A stretch of 64,000 nt of DNA from a bacterium. Its GTDB lineage: Bacteria > Patescibacteriota > 4484-211 > GCA-002791395. The DNA lies in contig JALWZS010000038.1 of NCBI GenBank assembly GCA_027002475.1, forward strand, positions 46,032 through 110,031, in the 5' to 3' direction. Positions 37,555 to 46,988 of this stretch are shown here, piece by piece; within the stretch, counting starts at the first letter, position 1; the number at the start of each line of letters is the position of its first letter. The notes beneath the pieces were generated by a model. It had not been told where the DNA came from and searched no databases. It saw only the letters and a list, made by a program, of their open reading frames with translations. Position numbers and translations under genes: made by a program.

Positions 37555-38220
37555 TTAGTTCAGATTATAAGTTTCTTCCCAGAAGATCTTCATGTTTGTT
37601 TGTACAAGGGCGTCTGTGTGGAAGATCGCATGAATGTTGTTTACTTTGATAGTACTGTGTATTTCCTGACTTAGGATACTCTCTAGCTCTTTGACTACAA
37701 TTGCAAAATCTACGTTTGGCGTTTGAATATCTCCAATAGTAAGATGTGCCTTAAAATTTTCAAATATTCGATAATATCCGTACCTGACCAGGAACTCTTG
37801 GTCTTTCTGGCTAAGTTCGTTGTTTTTGCACCTTATCAAATCCTTTTCGCGTATTTCGTTCGTATGAAACTTGTCTAATAAGTTGGTAAAAAGCATGTGC
37901 TTTTCTAATAGATTGGCACCTGTTACTGGTAGATAAACAAACCCATTGTCTTTAACTTCGATTCCGCCGATTTGCACCGTGAAAGCAGGCATATTGGAAA
38001 CAAGGCTTGTTAGTGCTTGCTGTACGTCTGTAAGGTGTGACTCTTTTAACGGTGTTATCGCATATGTTATATGAGGAGTCGGTGTGTTGTACGTACTGTT
38101 GTAGCGTTTAGCTAAAAATTCTTTGGCTTGTTTTATCCTGTCCTTATTAATCTTGGAAGCAATTGAAAAGACAGTATTTATGACATTAAGTTTCGTACCA
38201 TTAATAATTGCTTCTTCCAT
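37555..38220 (-). CDS. 2H phosphoesterase (2'-5' RNA ligase family)
   Basis: PHITY and AHLTI motifs; start uncertain. Confidence 0.75.
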   Translation of the reverse strand: MEEAIINGTKLNVINTVFSIASKINKDRIKQAKEFLAKRYNSTYNTPTPHITYAITPLKESHLTDVQQALTSLVSNMPAFTVQIGGIEVKDNGFVYLPVTGANLLEKHMLFTNLLDKFHTNEIREKDLIRCKNNELSQKDQEFLVRYGYYRIFENFKAHLTIGDIQTPNVDFAIVVKELESILSQEIHSTIKVNNIHAIFHTDALVQTNMKIFWEETYNLN

Positions 38221-38318
38221 ACGCAGGAGAATAACAAGTTCTAATTCGCAAGGCAACTTTTTGCAATCGTATTTCTCACTGCCGGCTAGTTCTAACCGGC
38301 AGGACAGAAACAGACAAA

Positions 38319-39110
38319 CTACTCTAGGTATTTGTCGATGACTGCTTTAATGACAGCATACGGTTGTGCACCTACAACCATTTCTCCTTCAAACTCACCA
38401 GAATCTGTATTCTTACCGATGAAGAATGTAGGAGTGCCTGTAGCTCCATATTTTTGCGCGTCGGCAAGGTCGTTTTGGACCTCGTCTTTGTACTTCTCTG
38501 AGTCCAAACACTGCTTAAACTTATTTGCGTCAAGACCTAGGTCTTTTGCGATTGTGTACAACTCCGACTTTGGCATTCCATTTCCATTTGAGTTGGTTTT
38601 GTTAAATATCTCGTCATGATACTTAAAATATGTTTCGTCATCGCCTTGCTCGCGGGCACAGTTGGCAGCTATGGCTTCCTGTGTGGCTAGTGGATCATGA
38701 AACGAAAGAGGTAAGTCGCGATATACGTATCTTAATCTTCCTGTATCTATATAGTCGCTTTTGATTTGTGCAAAAGATTGCGTAAAGTACCGCTTACAGA
38801 AAGGACATTCGTAATCACTAAAATCCACCATTACTACTGGTGCATTTGTGTCACCAATGGCTGGGTCGTCGTCAACTGAGACAAGAACGTTTGTTGGCTG
38901 TTCTTGTTGTGGTGCTTGAGCATTGTTCCCTTGAGGTGCTTGATTGTTTGATGGTGTGGTTGTAGTGTTATTGGAATTAGCTCCATTAAGTCCGAAAAAT
39001 AATGCAACGGAGATAAGTACACCCGTTATAATTATTGCAATTGGTACGCCAAGAGCGTTATTCGGTGATGTTGCAGTGGTTTGTTGTGTGTTTGTTGTGT
39101 CTTCATTCAT
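38319..39110 (-). CDS. DsbA family thiol-disulfide oxidoreductase
   Basis: N-terminal TM, DYECPFC, GTPTF, GAQPY. Confidence 0.92.
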   Translation of the reverse strand: MNEDTTNTQQTTATSPNNALGVPIAIIITGVLISVALFFGLNGANSNNTTTTPSNNQAPQGNNAQAPQQEQPTNVLVSVDDDPAIGDTNAPVVMVDFSDYECPFCKRYFTQSFAQIKSDYIDTGRLRYVYRDLPLSFHDPLATQEAIAANCAREQGDDETYFKYHDEIFNKTNSNGNGMPKSELYTIAKDLGLDANKFKQCLDSEKYKDEVQNDLADAQKYGATGTPTFFIGKNTDSGEFEGEMVVGAQPYAVIKAVIDKYLE

Positions 39111-39126
39111 AGCCTTCACCCCCTTT

Positions 39127-39903
39127 CTACTTGATAAAGTGAATAATTCGATCTTGTATGTTTATGGTTAAATCAAATGCACCAATTTTAGTGAGGAATA
39201 TGCTTAAGACGTTGATGTCCCGTGCCAAAAGAAATATTCCACCAATTGTTAAAAACAAAAGCCCAGATACAAACTGGGTGCTGTGCCATGCAAGTTTTTT
39301 GCTTCTAACATTAAAACTGATGGTTTTTCCAATTACGGTTTTTCGTATGAATGTGGAAGTGCGTAGGAACCAACTAATAAGTAGCAGTGGAATGAAAATG
39401 CCCATAATGTAAAACGATAAAAGAATGACCGCTATGTGAGTACTTTGAGTAGCTGCTGATAGGGTTAGGATTGCTCCGATTATCGGACCTGCACACGGGC
39501 TCGATCCAATGCCAGATATTATTCCCAGCAAAAAAGGTCCAGCGTGCTTTAGACCTTGTACGTTTTGGGCTTTGTTTAGTAGCCCAGATAGAATGGGAAT
39601 GTTTACGTGTTTTCCAATAAGGATGTAAACTCCTGCGGATATGAATACTAAACCTGTTAAGATTCCAACAAATGTGGGGTTTGGCCTAATCAATCGGGCG
39701 AGCGTTGCCGCTCCTAGTGCTAAGGGTATGTATATAATGGCAAGTCCCAGCGCAAACAAAAAAGTTGCCTGCAATAACTTTATTTTTCCATTGAAGGTGT
39801 AAGCAAAGTAGCTAGGGAGCACCATCGCCGTACAGGGCGAGAAAAAAGAGAGAGCGCCTCCTACAATGGAAATTATGGCAAGGAGAAGAACGGATGTAAA
39901 CAT
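39127..39903 (-). CDS. CcdA/DsbD-type transmembrane electron carrier
   Basis: SFFSPC...LP.Y and SPCAGPI. Confidence 0.9.
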   Translation of the reverse strand: MFTSVLLLAIISIVGGALSFFSPCTAMVLPSYFAYTFNGKIKLLQATFLFALGLAIIYIPLALGAATLARLIRPNPTFVGILTGLVFISAGVYILIGKHVNIPILSGLLNKAQNVQGLKHAGPFLLGIISGIGSSPCAGPIIGAILTLSAATQSTHIAVILLSFYIMGIFIPLLLISWFLRTSTFIRKTVIGKTISFNVRSKKLAWHSTQFVSGLLFLTIGGIFLLARDINVLSIFLTKIGAFDLTINIQDRIIHFIK

Positions 39904-39929
39904 AACTACTAAAGAGTTTAGTAGTTATG
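39901..39929. promoter_or_regulatory. operator-like palindrome overlapping the ccdA start
   Basis: CATAACTACTAAA-GAG-TTTAGTAGTTATG with perfect 13-bp arms. Confidence 0.7.
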
Positions 39930-39939
39930 TTTGATTAGG

Positions 39940-40839
39940 TCAAGGGGCAGGCGTGTGGCATGCGGTATGTTTTGTACTGTTGAAAACATGAGTGTTGTTA
40001 GCAAACCCACCAATGCTGTTTGAAAAAACAACTAGTATAAGTGCAATAAGGACAAATGAAAGAAAAGCCTCCTTGCTAACCCTAGTTAGTTTGGCTACTT
40101 CTTCAGCATCGTTTGATACAAGCAATTCAACTCGTTCTTGTTGCATTGCACTAAATGCGACGAGGTGGGGTAAAGTATGTGTTGGGTTAGACAGTTTGGC
40201 GAGCGCGCAAAGAAGATGACGTTCGCCTACGTTTTTTATTGCAAAACTATCTGCCTCAAGCTCAATTGCAACAAGAAATGAATGCTCTATGCGAAAGAGG
40301 ACGTTTTTAATAAATGGAACCATTTTGAGTGGTAAGAGAAGTGCTTGCATAAGTAACGTTTTGAGTGATGCAAATGTTTTTGCATGATGTTGTTCGTGTG
40401 TTATGACACTAAGAAGTTCTTGTGTACTAAGTGAGTTTAGCAATGCGGACGATATGTAGATCGTAGGGCGAATAATCCCAGCACAATAAGAAAAAGGTTT
40501 TGTTGTGGGCACAACTTTTATTTTGTTTTTAATGGGTATGTTGAGGTTATTGTTTTCTGACATTTGGAGGAATGGCTTTGTTGGGATTTTTTGTGAGAGG
40601 GTTTTATATTTTAAGGCTTTGTATAACAAGTAAAAGGTGGCAGTCAGCAAGATGAAAACTAATGCTACTACTGTTAAGAACGTGGAGTATTCAGTTAGTA
40701 GTGTGTTTATTAGCGTTGTACATAATCGCAATGCTTCAGGGAATATATGTAATACTAGTTTGAGTAACTGCGCAACTAGTAAGCCTAGAAGCAGGTTGGT
40801 GCTAAATACTACAACTAACAAAAAAGTGCTTTTCGACAT
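39940..40839 (-). CDS. M56 family (BlaR1-like) membrane metalloprotease lacking penicillin-binding domain
   Basis: CAGIIRPTIYIS, HEQHH, ELEAD. Confidence 0.88.
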   Translation of the reverse strand: MSKSTFLLVVVFSTNLLLGLLVAQLLKLVLHIFPEALRLCTTLINTLLTEYSTFLTVVALVFILLTATFYLLYKALKYKTLSQKIPTKPFLQMSENNNLNIPIKNKIKVVPTTKPFSYCAGIIRPTIYISSALLNSLSTQELLSVITHEQHHAKTFASLKTLLMQALLLPLKMVPFIKNVLFRIEHSFLVAIELEADSFAIKNVGERHLLCALAKLSNPTHTLPHLVAFSAMQQERVELLVSNDAEEVAKLTRVSKEAFLSFVLIALILVVFSNSIGGFANNTHVFNSTKHTACHTPAP

Positions 40840-40842
40840 GAT

Positions 40843-41211
40843 TTACAGTTTTGCGAGTTTAGAAATGAGTTTGTCCCTTAGATCCTTAGGAAGTCCTTCG
40901 ATCCCTGCAGCAAACTGATTTAGGGCTACTTCGCCAAACTGGTTAAAGAGCTCTTCTACCGTTAATGTAACTCGTTCTGTTGCAAATTGCTCTTTTGTAT
41001 GCTTAGGAGAATACACATACGCTTTGTTTCTTCTAGATCGAGTTAAGTGACCTTTCTTATAAAGGATATCTAGCATTGTCATCACTGTTGTGTATGCAAC
41101 CTTTTTCTTTTTCAGGAGGTTGTTTAGTACGTCTCGTACTGTGCTAGGACCTTGTTCCCATATTATTTCCATGATTTCTCGTTCGGCGTCGGTTAAATGG
41201 AGGGTTTGCAT
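40843..41211 (-). CDS. BlaI/MecI/CopY family repressor
   Basis: LTDAEREIMEIIW, AYTTVMTML..LYKKG, AYVYSP. Confidence 0.93.
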   Translation of the reverse strand: MQTLHLTDAEREIMEIIWEQGPSTVRDVLNNLLKKKKVAYTTVMTMLDILYKKGHLTRSRRNKAYVYSPKHTKEQFATERVTLTVEELFNQFGEVALNQFAAGIEGLPKDLRDKLISKLAKL

Positions 41212-41215
41212 TTAA

Positions 41216-41234
41216 CTACTATACCACATCGTAG
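41216..41234. promoter_or_regulatory. operator-like site overlapping extended -10 of the repressor gene
   Basis: CTACTATACCACATCGTAG; the minus strand reads TGGTATAGT 6 nt before the ATG. Confidence 0.65.
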
Positions 41235-41299
41235 CCTTTGGCTTAGATGCTTTATTATTAGTCTTGTGGGTTGGTCTAAGTTCTTGTACAATTTTAAAT

Positions 41300-42127
41300 A
41301 TGGAAGGTAGAGATAACGATAACCTTAAGGTAAACGCCGCACCAGAAGCCCAAAAAGATAACAGCAGGGAACAAGAAGAGAAAAAGCCATTTCCACTACT
41401 TTTAGTTATAGTAGCACTACTTGGTATCGCGGTTGTTGTAGGAGGTTTGTTTATATTAACCTCTAGCTCAAAAGATGAAACAGATTCTAACACTAGTGGT
41501 AAATCGCCGACTGTTGCAGTAAAGCCTTCTGATAGTGTGAAAGAAGAGGTTAAGCTACCTGAATACGAATCTGTTGGTAGTGCAAAGGCGTTAGACGAAA
41601 TTGTTAAGAGCGCACAGGAATGGGGCGGTGATGTTAAATTTGTAACTTGTTCAGGACTAGTTCTTCCCCACCGAGTGGGGGATGTTCAATACTACATCGG
41701 TGGCAATGACGGGACGTTCCCTTTATGGAGTTGTACTGTTTACTCTCCAAGTAAAAAGCAGGATACTGAAGTAGAGTGGTATAAAGGAACGGTTGAAGTT
41801 AAAGAACCTCATACAACTTGGGGTGCGCCAGGTGCCTCTGCTTATGAACAAGACCCAGATTCTAGGATATTTTATGATCCTGAGGTCTTTACTGATACGA
41901 CTACTTTAATCCCATTACTAAAGGAACAAGGAGTTGATTTCTCTAATGAATATATAACCTTTGCTTTTGGGTTCTACGGTGCGCAAAAAATATATAGCAG
42001 TAAACCAGTTTGGCAGGTAGACGTATATAGCCGAAACGAGAAGGACGACCCGACCGACAAGTATTCCCAGGGTAAAAAACTTAGAATGATTTTTATAGAT
42101 GGTCCATCTGGAGAGGTCTTAGACTAA
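41300..42127 (+). CDS. membrane-anchored hypothetical protein
   Basis: One TM then an extracellular domain ending in a PepSY-like IDGPSGEVL. Confidence 0.65.
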   Translation: MEGRDNDNLKVNAAPEAQKDNSREQEEKKPFPLLLVIVALLGIAVVVGGLFILTSSSKDETDSNTSGKSPTVAVKPSDSVKEEVKLPEYESVGSAKALDEIVKSAQEWGGDVKFVTCSGLVLPHRVGDVQYYIGGNDGTFPLWSCTVYSPSKKQDTEVEWYKGTVEVKEPHTTWGAPGASAYEQDPDSRIFYDPEVFTDTTTLIPLLKEQGVDFSNEYITFAFGFYGAQKIYSSKPVWQVDVYSRNEKDDPTDKYSQGKKLRMIFIDGPSGEVLD

Positions 42128-42172
42128 AGCCCTCATCTGCCCCATTAAGTAGTGCGGTAAAATGTTTCTCTT

Positions 42173-42919
42173 ATGAGAAGTAACATCCTTAACAAAAACG
42201 CTTTAATTGGTATATTAACTTTTGTTGCTCTTGTTTTAGCTATAGCAAATATATCTAAAGAGTTAAAACAAACTTCAGTTACTGCGTATACTGTTGTTGC
42301 TAAGAGTCTTAATGAGTTGATATCTCCAAGTCCTACCCCTTTGCTGATTATGATAAAGAATACTAATTGGTGGGAATACCCAGACGAGATAGAAACGATT
42401 CCTCTTGGAGAGATTGGAGTAAAAACAATAGTTAATAAAAGGTACAAACTTCCTGCTAACTATGTTCCGTCAGATCTTATACAACTGCAATCAACGGTGT
42501 TTTTAAGAGTACGACCTGGAATTATGTTACAAAACGATGCAGCTAATGCGTTATACAAAATGGCGCGATCTGCTAAAGAGGATGGAATAGATTTGTTTGT
42601 GCGTTCAGGATATCGTTCTTATTCTACTCAGATCAACACGTATAACTATTGGGTTAAGTTTTTAAGCGGAGACACTGCTGCAGCGGACAAAGTTTCTGCA
42701 AGAGCAGGACATAGCGAGCATCAATTGGGCACTGCTGTTGATTTTAGTACAAACGAGGTCAGTGATGTTCTTTCACCTGGATTTGCAAACACAAAAGCAT
42801 ATAAATGGCTTTTAGAGAACGCTAATGATTTTGGGTTTAAGCTTTCCTACCCACGAGGAAAAGAATATGAGACTGGGTATTCATTTGAACCTTGGCACTG
42901 GCGATGGTGGAGTGAGTAG
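42173..42919 (+). CDS. M15B D,D-carboxypeptidase (VanY-like)
   Basis: SGYRSY, SEHQLGTAVD, EPWHWR. Confidence 0.92.
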   Translation: MRSNILNKNALIGILTFVALVLAIANISKELKQTSVTAYTVVAKSLNELISPSPTPLLIMIKNTNWWEYPDEIETIPLGEIGVKTIVNKRYKLPANYVPSDLIQLQSTVFLRVRPGIMLQNDAANALYKMARSAKEDGIDLFVRSGYRSYSTQINTYNYWVKFLSGDTAAADKVSARAGHSEHQLGTAVDFSTNEVSDVLSPGFANTKAYKWLLENANDFGFKLSYPRGKEYETGYSFEPWHWRWWSE

Positions 42920-42920
42920 T

Positions 42921-44351
42921 TTACTTTACTTGAACAACGGTCATCATTCCTGCTTCAGCATGTTCAAGTATGTGACAATGATTTACCCAATCTCCCTTAT
43001 CTAATGGGACCAACCCTAACTCAACCGACTCCTTTGGACCTAGTAGTACTGTGTCTCTGAAAAAGCCTTCATCATACGGAGCTCCGTTTTTAGTTAACAC
43101 CTTGAAAAACTGCCCATGCAAATGCATTGGGTGTAGCCTTGAAGACCTATTCACAAACTTTATTTTGTTAAACTGATTGTAAGTTAGCGTGACTGGATCG
43201 TAGTCTGGGAACGCCTTGCCGTTAATTGTCCACTCGATTCCGTATTTGCCTCCCCGTCTTGCGTCAAGCGTATATGTCTTGTCTGTAGCGACTTGTGTTG
43301 CCTCGCTCCAGTCAGGGACATTTGGATTTGTTGGGTAGCTAAAGTTTGGAGTTTCAACAGGATCCCCTTCTACTCTAATTTTGCCTAAGACATTTGCTTT
43401 CTTTGTAAAAATATCAGTTACTTCGTACTCGCCCTTGTCTTGTGGCAGTGTTATGTCGACGTCGAGGCGATTACCTGGTGCTAGGTAAAAACCGTTTGGG
43501 TCAAAGGTTTTCTTCACGTACATACCATCTACAGCAATGGCAGTAGCACTAAGTTTCGGAAAGTTTAAAAGATACACGCGCCCGTTAGACGTATTTACTA
43601 ATCTAAGTCGTATCCGTTCTCCTGGGCGAGCTGTTATTGTCTCCTGGGACTTTCCGTTAACTGTTATCAGGTTACCCCATCGGCCATCGTGCATTAAGTC
43701 ACGGATGGTGTTGAACTTCGAGTAAACTTGTGCATTTTCGTCTAAGAGCCAATCGTCTACCACCCAGACGATATCTTGGTTGTATTTGTCGCTATACTCG
43801 TCTTCAACTATAAGAGTACCGAATAAGCCTCGTTCAACTTGTTCGCTGGATCTTACGTGAGGATGAAACCAGAAAGTTCCTGCGTCCTTAGGTATGAAGT
43901 CGTATGTGAAGGAGCCTCCTGGTTGAACGGGGTCCTGTGTGACTCCCGGTACACCATCCATTGCATTAGGTACTCGTACTCCATGCCAGTGAACGGTTGT
44001 TTCTTGAGGAAGTTCGTTTCTGAATTTTATCTTTACTCTGTCGCCTAGTTTGATTTGTATGCTAGGACCTGGAACGGATCCATTGTAATTCCAAACTTTT
44101 GTTTTATAACCATCGACTATGTCTACTTCACCCTCACTAGCAGTGAGTTCCAGTTCTATGACATTACCACTTGGGGTGACATCTTTTGTGTATGCCTTGC
44201 TAAATTCTTCCCTTAGTTTTTCTTTTGTGGAGGGTGAAACGCTGGGATGCTCTGTAGTTTTTTGATAGGTGATAATTGCAAATAACGACAGCAGCGCTAT
44301 AACTCCGATTAGTATTATTAAAATATTTGATTTTATAAATAACTTATGCAT
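42921..44351 (-). CDS. multicopper oxidase
   Basis: HWHG, WFHPH, HPMHLHG, HCHILEH...M; start revised to ATG 44351 ahead of the TM segment. Confidence 0.95.
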   Translation of the reverse strand: MHKLFIKSNILIILIGVIALLSLFAIITYQKTTEHPSVSPSTKEKLREEFSKAYTKDVTPSGNVIELELTASEGEVDIVDGYKTKVWNYNGSVPGPSIQIKLGDRVKIKFRNELPQETTVHWHGVRVPNAMDGVPGVTQDPVQPGGSFTYDFIPKDAGTFWFHPHVRSSEQVERGLFGTLIVEDEYSDKYNQDIVWVVDDWLLDENAQVYSKFNTIRDLMHDGRWGNLITVNGKSQETITARPGERIRLRLVNTSNGRVYLLNFPKLSATAIAVDGMYVKKTFDPNGFYLAPGNRLDVDITLPQDKGEYEVTDIFTKKANVLGKIRVEGDPVETPNFSYPTNPNVPDWSEATQVATDKTYTLDARRGGKYGIEWTINGKAFPDYDPVTLTYNQFNKIKFVNRSSRLHPMHLHGQFFKVLTKNGAPYDEGFFRDTVLLGPKESVELGLVPLDKGDWVNHCHILEHAEAGMMTVVQVK

Positions 44352-44366
44352 GTTTTTAAACGTACT

Positions 44367-44384
44367 TACTATACCATATAGTAG
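44367..44384. promoter_or_regulatory. operator-like site upstream of the multicopper oxidase
   Basis: TACTATACCATATAGTAG, 16/18 identical to 41217-41234. Confidence 0.65.
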
Positions 44385-44535
44385 ATGCGAAGTGTCACTA
44401 CATAGCGTAGGAATAAGCTTTAGGAATATGACTAGCTTAAAATATGTCTGGTTTTGACTGAAGAAATGCAATAACCGTTTTTGCCACAACGCTAGTTTGA
44501 GGTGTTTGTTCTGTTTGAAATTTGTTTTTTGAGCT

Positions 44536-44612
44536 TGGTCGGGGTGGTGGGACTTGAACCCACGACCTCACGGCCCCCAGCCGTACGCGCTAGCCGTCTG
44601 CGCCACACCCCG
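44536..44612 (-). tRNA. tRNA-Pro(GGG)
   Basis: CGGGGTG acceptor stem, anticodon loop CTGGGGG, GTTCAAGTC T-loop, encoded CCA. Confidence 0.93.
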
Positions 44613-44654
44613 ATGCTTTAACGATTATACAACCTTTTAGGCTATAATTGACCA

Positions 44655-45164
44655 ATGCAAGAGGTGGATATAAATAAGATTAAGGTCTTAGCGGATTTGC
44701 ATAAGAAACACGGTAAGTCTTGGCATTTTCATATCTTAACCCCGCAGTGTTTGTTAAACACCGTCAAAAAATATGCTCTTATTCTTGAAAGCCTAACAGA
44801 TAACGAAACTCACGTTTGTTACTCAGATGAACCTTATATAGAGGTTGGGGCAGAGCTTGCAAAGCTCTTGCAGGATACGACTACTCCTAGCACTCCTGGC
44901 GAAAACGTAGATATCTCAATGGAATTATCAGATGCTATTAAACCAATTCTAAAAAGAGCAAATGAGCTGACTAACCAAAAAACTCCGTGGCACTATCATT
45001 TGCTTACGCCTGATTGTGCCCTTAATGAAGATAAGGGGAAGTGGGTAATTATCCTTGAAGACAATGGGAATGATGAGGTTCTTAAGGCTAAATACGATAA
45101 AGAACCTAAGTTTGACTTAGCTGCGCTGGAGTTACTCTTTTACCAACAAAAGAAGTCCTCTTAA
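44655..45164 (+). CDS. hypothetical protein with internal duplication
   Basis: WHFHILTPQCLLN and WHYHLLTPDCALN. Confidence 0.75.
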   Translation: MQEVDINKIKVLADLHKKHGKSWHFHILTPQCLLNTVKKYALILESLTDNETHVCYSDEPYIEVGAELAKLLQDTTTPSTPGENVDISMELSDAIKPILKRANELTNQKTPWHYHLLTPDCALNEDKGKWVIILEDNGNDEVLKAKYDKEPKFDLAALELLFYQQKKSS

Positions 45165-45213
45165 AGTCAAAATATACTCCCGATTTTTTAGTTAACGTGT
45201 TATCTTAAGTCAA

Positions 45214-45762
45214 GTGCCATACGATTTGCTTGATGTACTAAAACGTTATAAGGCCTTTGATGATAACGAAGCTTTAATGCTGGCTAAATTTATTAATTTT
45301 TTATCTTCAGGAGAAAACCACTTTGACAGAAGCCGGTTAGATGGACATGTTACTGGTTCAGCTTGGGTGCTAGATAAGTCTAAAGAATATGCTTTATTAA
45401 CACATCACTTGAAGTTAGATAAATGGTTGCAGTTGGGGGGACATTGCGATGGTAATAAAGACGTGCTTAACGTTGCTTTGACTGAGGTTAGGGAAGAGTC
45501 TGGGTTGAAGTCGGTTCGAGCCATAACAAATGCGGTGTTTGATATTGACGCGCATCGTATTCCCGTAAGGAACAATGTTCCTGCGCACTTTCACTATGAT
45601 GTGCGTTTTTTACTTGAGGCAGATAAAAATGAGACAATTAAGAAGCAAGATTTGGAGTCGAAAGAAGTCCGTTGGGTAAAGTTGCAAGATATTGAAAAGC
45701 TTGCCCCCTACGAAAGCGTAATGCGAATGGTGCGAAAATCGATGCATAATAATTGGGGCTAG
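45214..45762 (+). CDS. NUDIX hydrolase
   Basis: GHVTGSAWV, WLQLGGH, EVREESG, HYDVRF. Confidence 0.9.
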   Translation: MPYDLLDVLKRYKAFDDNEALMLAKFINFLSSGENHFDRSRLDGHVTGSAWVLDKSKEYALLTHHLKLDKWLQLGGHCDGNKDVLNVALTEVREESGLKSVRAITNAVFDIDAHRIPVRNNVPAHFHYDVRFLLEADKNETIKKQDLESKEVRWVKLQDIEKLAPYESVMRMVRKSMHNNWG

Positions 45763-45835
45763 ATCCGCAGTTCTAGCCAGTTAAGAATAGTTTACTCGGT
45801 ATGAATTTGTGCTATAAAGTCAATAACACTAGTGC

Positions 45836-45912
45836 GAGTCCGTAGCTCAGTTGGCTAGAGCGTTCGGGTCACATCCGAAAGGTCGCTGGTTCGAATCCAG
45901 CCGGACTCACCA
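45836..45912 (+). tRNA. tRNA-Val(CAC)
   Basis: GAGTCCG/CGGACTC acceptor stem, TTCGG-GTCACAT-CCGAA anticodon arm, GTTCGAATC, ACCA end. Confidence 0.88.
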
Positions 45913-45926
45913 ATTCGTACATAATT

Positions 45927-46901
45927 ATGATTATTAACGATAGAATTCACGGCGAGATTACAGTAAAAGAGCCCGTAATTGAAAGGCTTTTACAGACCAA
46001 ACCACTCGTTAGGCTTAAAGGTGTTAGTCAAGACGGAGCCCCACACTTCATTCAACCCAGAAGAAACGTTACTCGCTTTGAGCATAGTGTCGGTGTATGG
46101 TACTTATCAAATCGTTTTAATCGCCCGATTGAAGAACAAATTGCCTGTTTAATCCACGATATCCCACATACTGCCTTTTCACATGTAGCTGATTTCGTTT
46201 TTCCTAACGAAAAGCACGAATTCCACGACAGCTTTTTAACGGAAGTGGTCTTAAAGTCTGAAATACCTGCTATTTTAAAAGAACATGGAATTGATGTTGA
46301 TAATGTTTTGGATAAGGGACGATTCCCTTTGTTAGAAAACGAACTGCCAGATATCTCTTTTGACCGATGGGATTATTTTATGAGGGACGGTTATATGATC
46401 GGATTTTTGCCAAGAAAGACAATTAAACTTTTTATGGGAAGTATGTTTATAGAAAACGAACAGATTTTCTTTGTCGATGAACGAATTGCATCAATGTTTG
46501 CAATTTTATTCGTAAACTTCTCAAGGCTTATTTGGCTCGATCCTGTGTCTCATGCTAGTTTTTTCTTGCTAGCAGAAGCTGTAAAGGCGGCGATTCAAGA
46601 AGGGGTGATAGGTATGGAAGATCTGTTTTTAGTCGATGAAGACGTATTGAAAAAACTTAAGGCTTCAAATAATGAGCGTGTTAACTCATTCCTTAAGCGG
46701 TTAAAACCAGGGGAGGAATTTATTTATGTGCCAAAGGGTGAAGCAGAATTTTACGGACCCAACAAGCTAAGGTTTGTAGATCCTTTGGTTAAAAAGGATG
46801 GGGAACTTAAACGAGTTAGTGAGATTGTTCCAAGTTTGGGGTATTACTTTAAAGAATTAAAGGATAGGTACTCAATGATTGGCGTAAAGCAAGTGACATA
46901 G
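45927..46901 (+). CDS. HD-domain phosphohydrolase
   Basis: D.IHG, RFEHSVG, LIHDIPHTAFSH, DRWDY. Confidence 0.88.
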   Translation: MIINDRIHGEITVKEPVIERLLQTKPLVRLKGVSQDGAPHFIQPRRNVTRFEHSVGVWYLSNRFNRPIEEQIACLIHDIPHTAFSHVADFVFPNEKHEFHDSFLTEVVLKSEIPAILKEHGIDVDNVLDKGRFPLLENELPDISFDRWDYFMRDGYMIGFLPRKTIKLFMGSMFIENEQIFFVDERIASMFAILFVNFSRLIWLDPVSHASFFLLAEAVKAAIQEGVIGMEDLFLVDEDVLKKLKASNNERVNSFLKRLKPGEEFIYVPKGEAEFYGPNKLRFVDPLVKKDGELKRVSEIVPSLGYYFKELKDRYSMIGVKQVT

Positions 46902-46988
46902 GTGATGACCGCTGCTTGAGTGGTTTATATTTACTGATTAGGAGGTATAAGTCTAGAGCTTGTTACTATTTATTCGTTTAATAGCCTG

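Noticed and set aside
42173-42919. Vancomycin resistance locus
   Set aside because: Lone M15B peptidase without vanHAX or vanRS.
33926-44612. Genomic island integrated at tRNA-Pro
   Set aside because: No integrase and no duplicated tRNA 3' end was found by eye.
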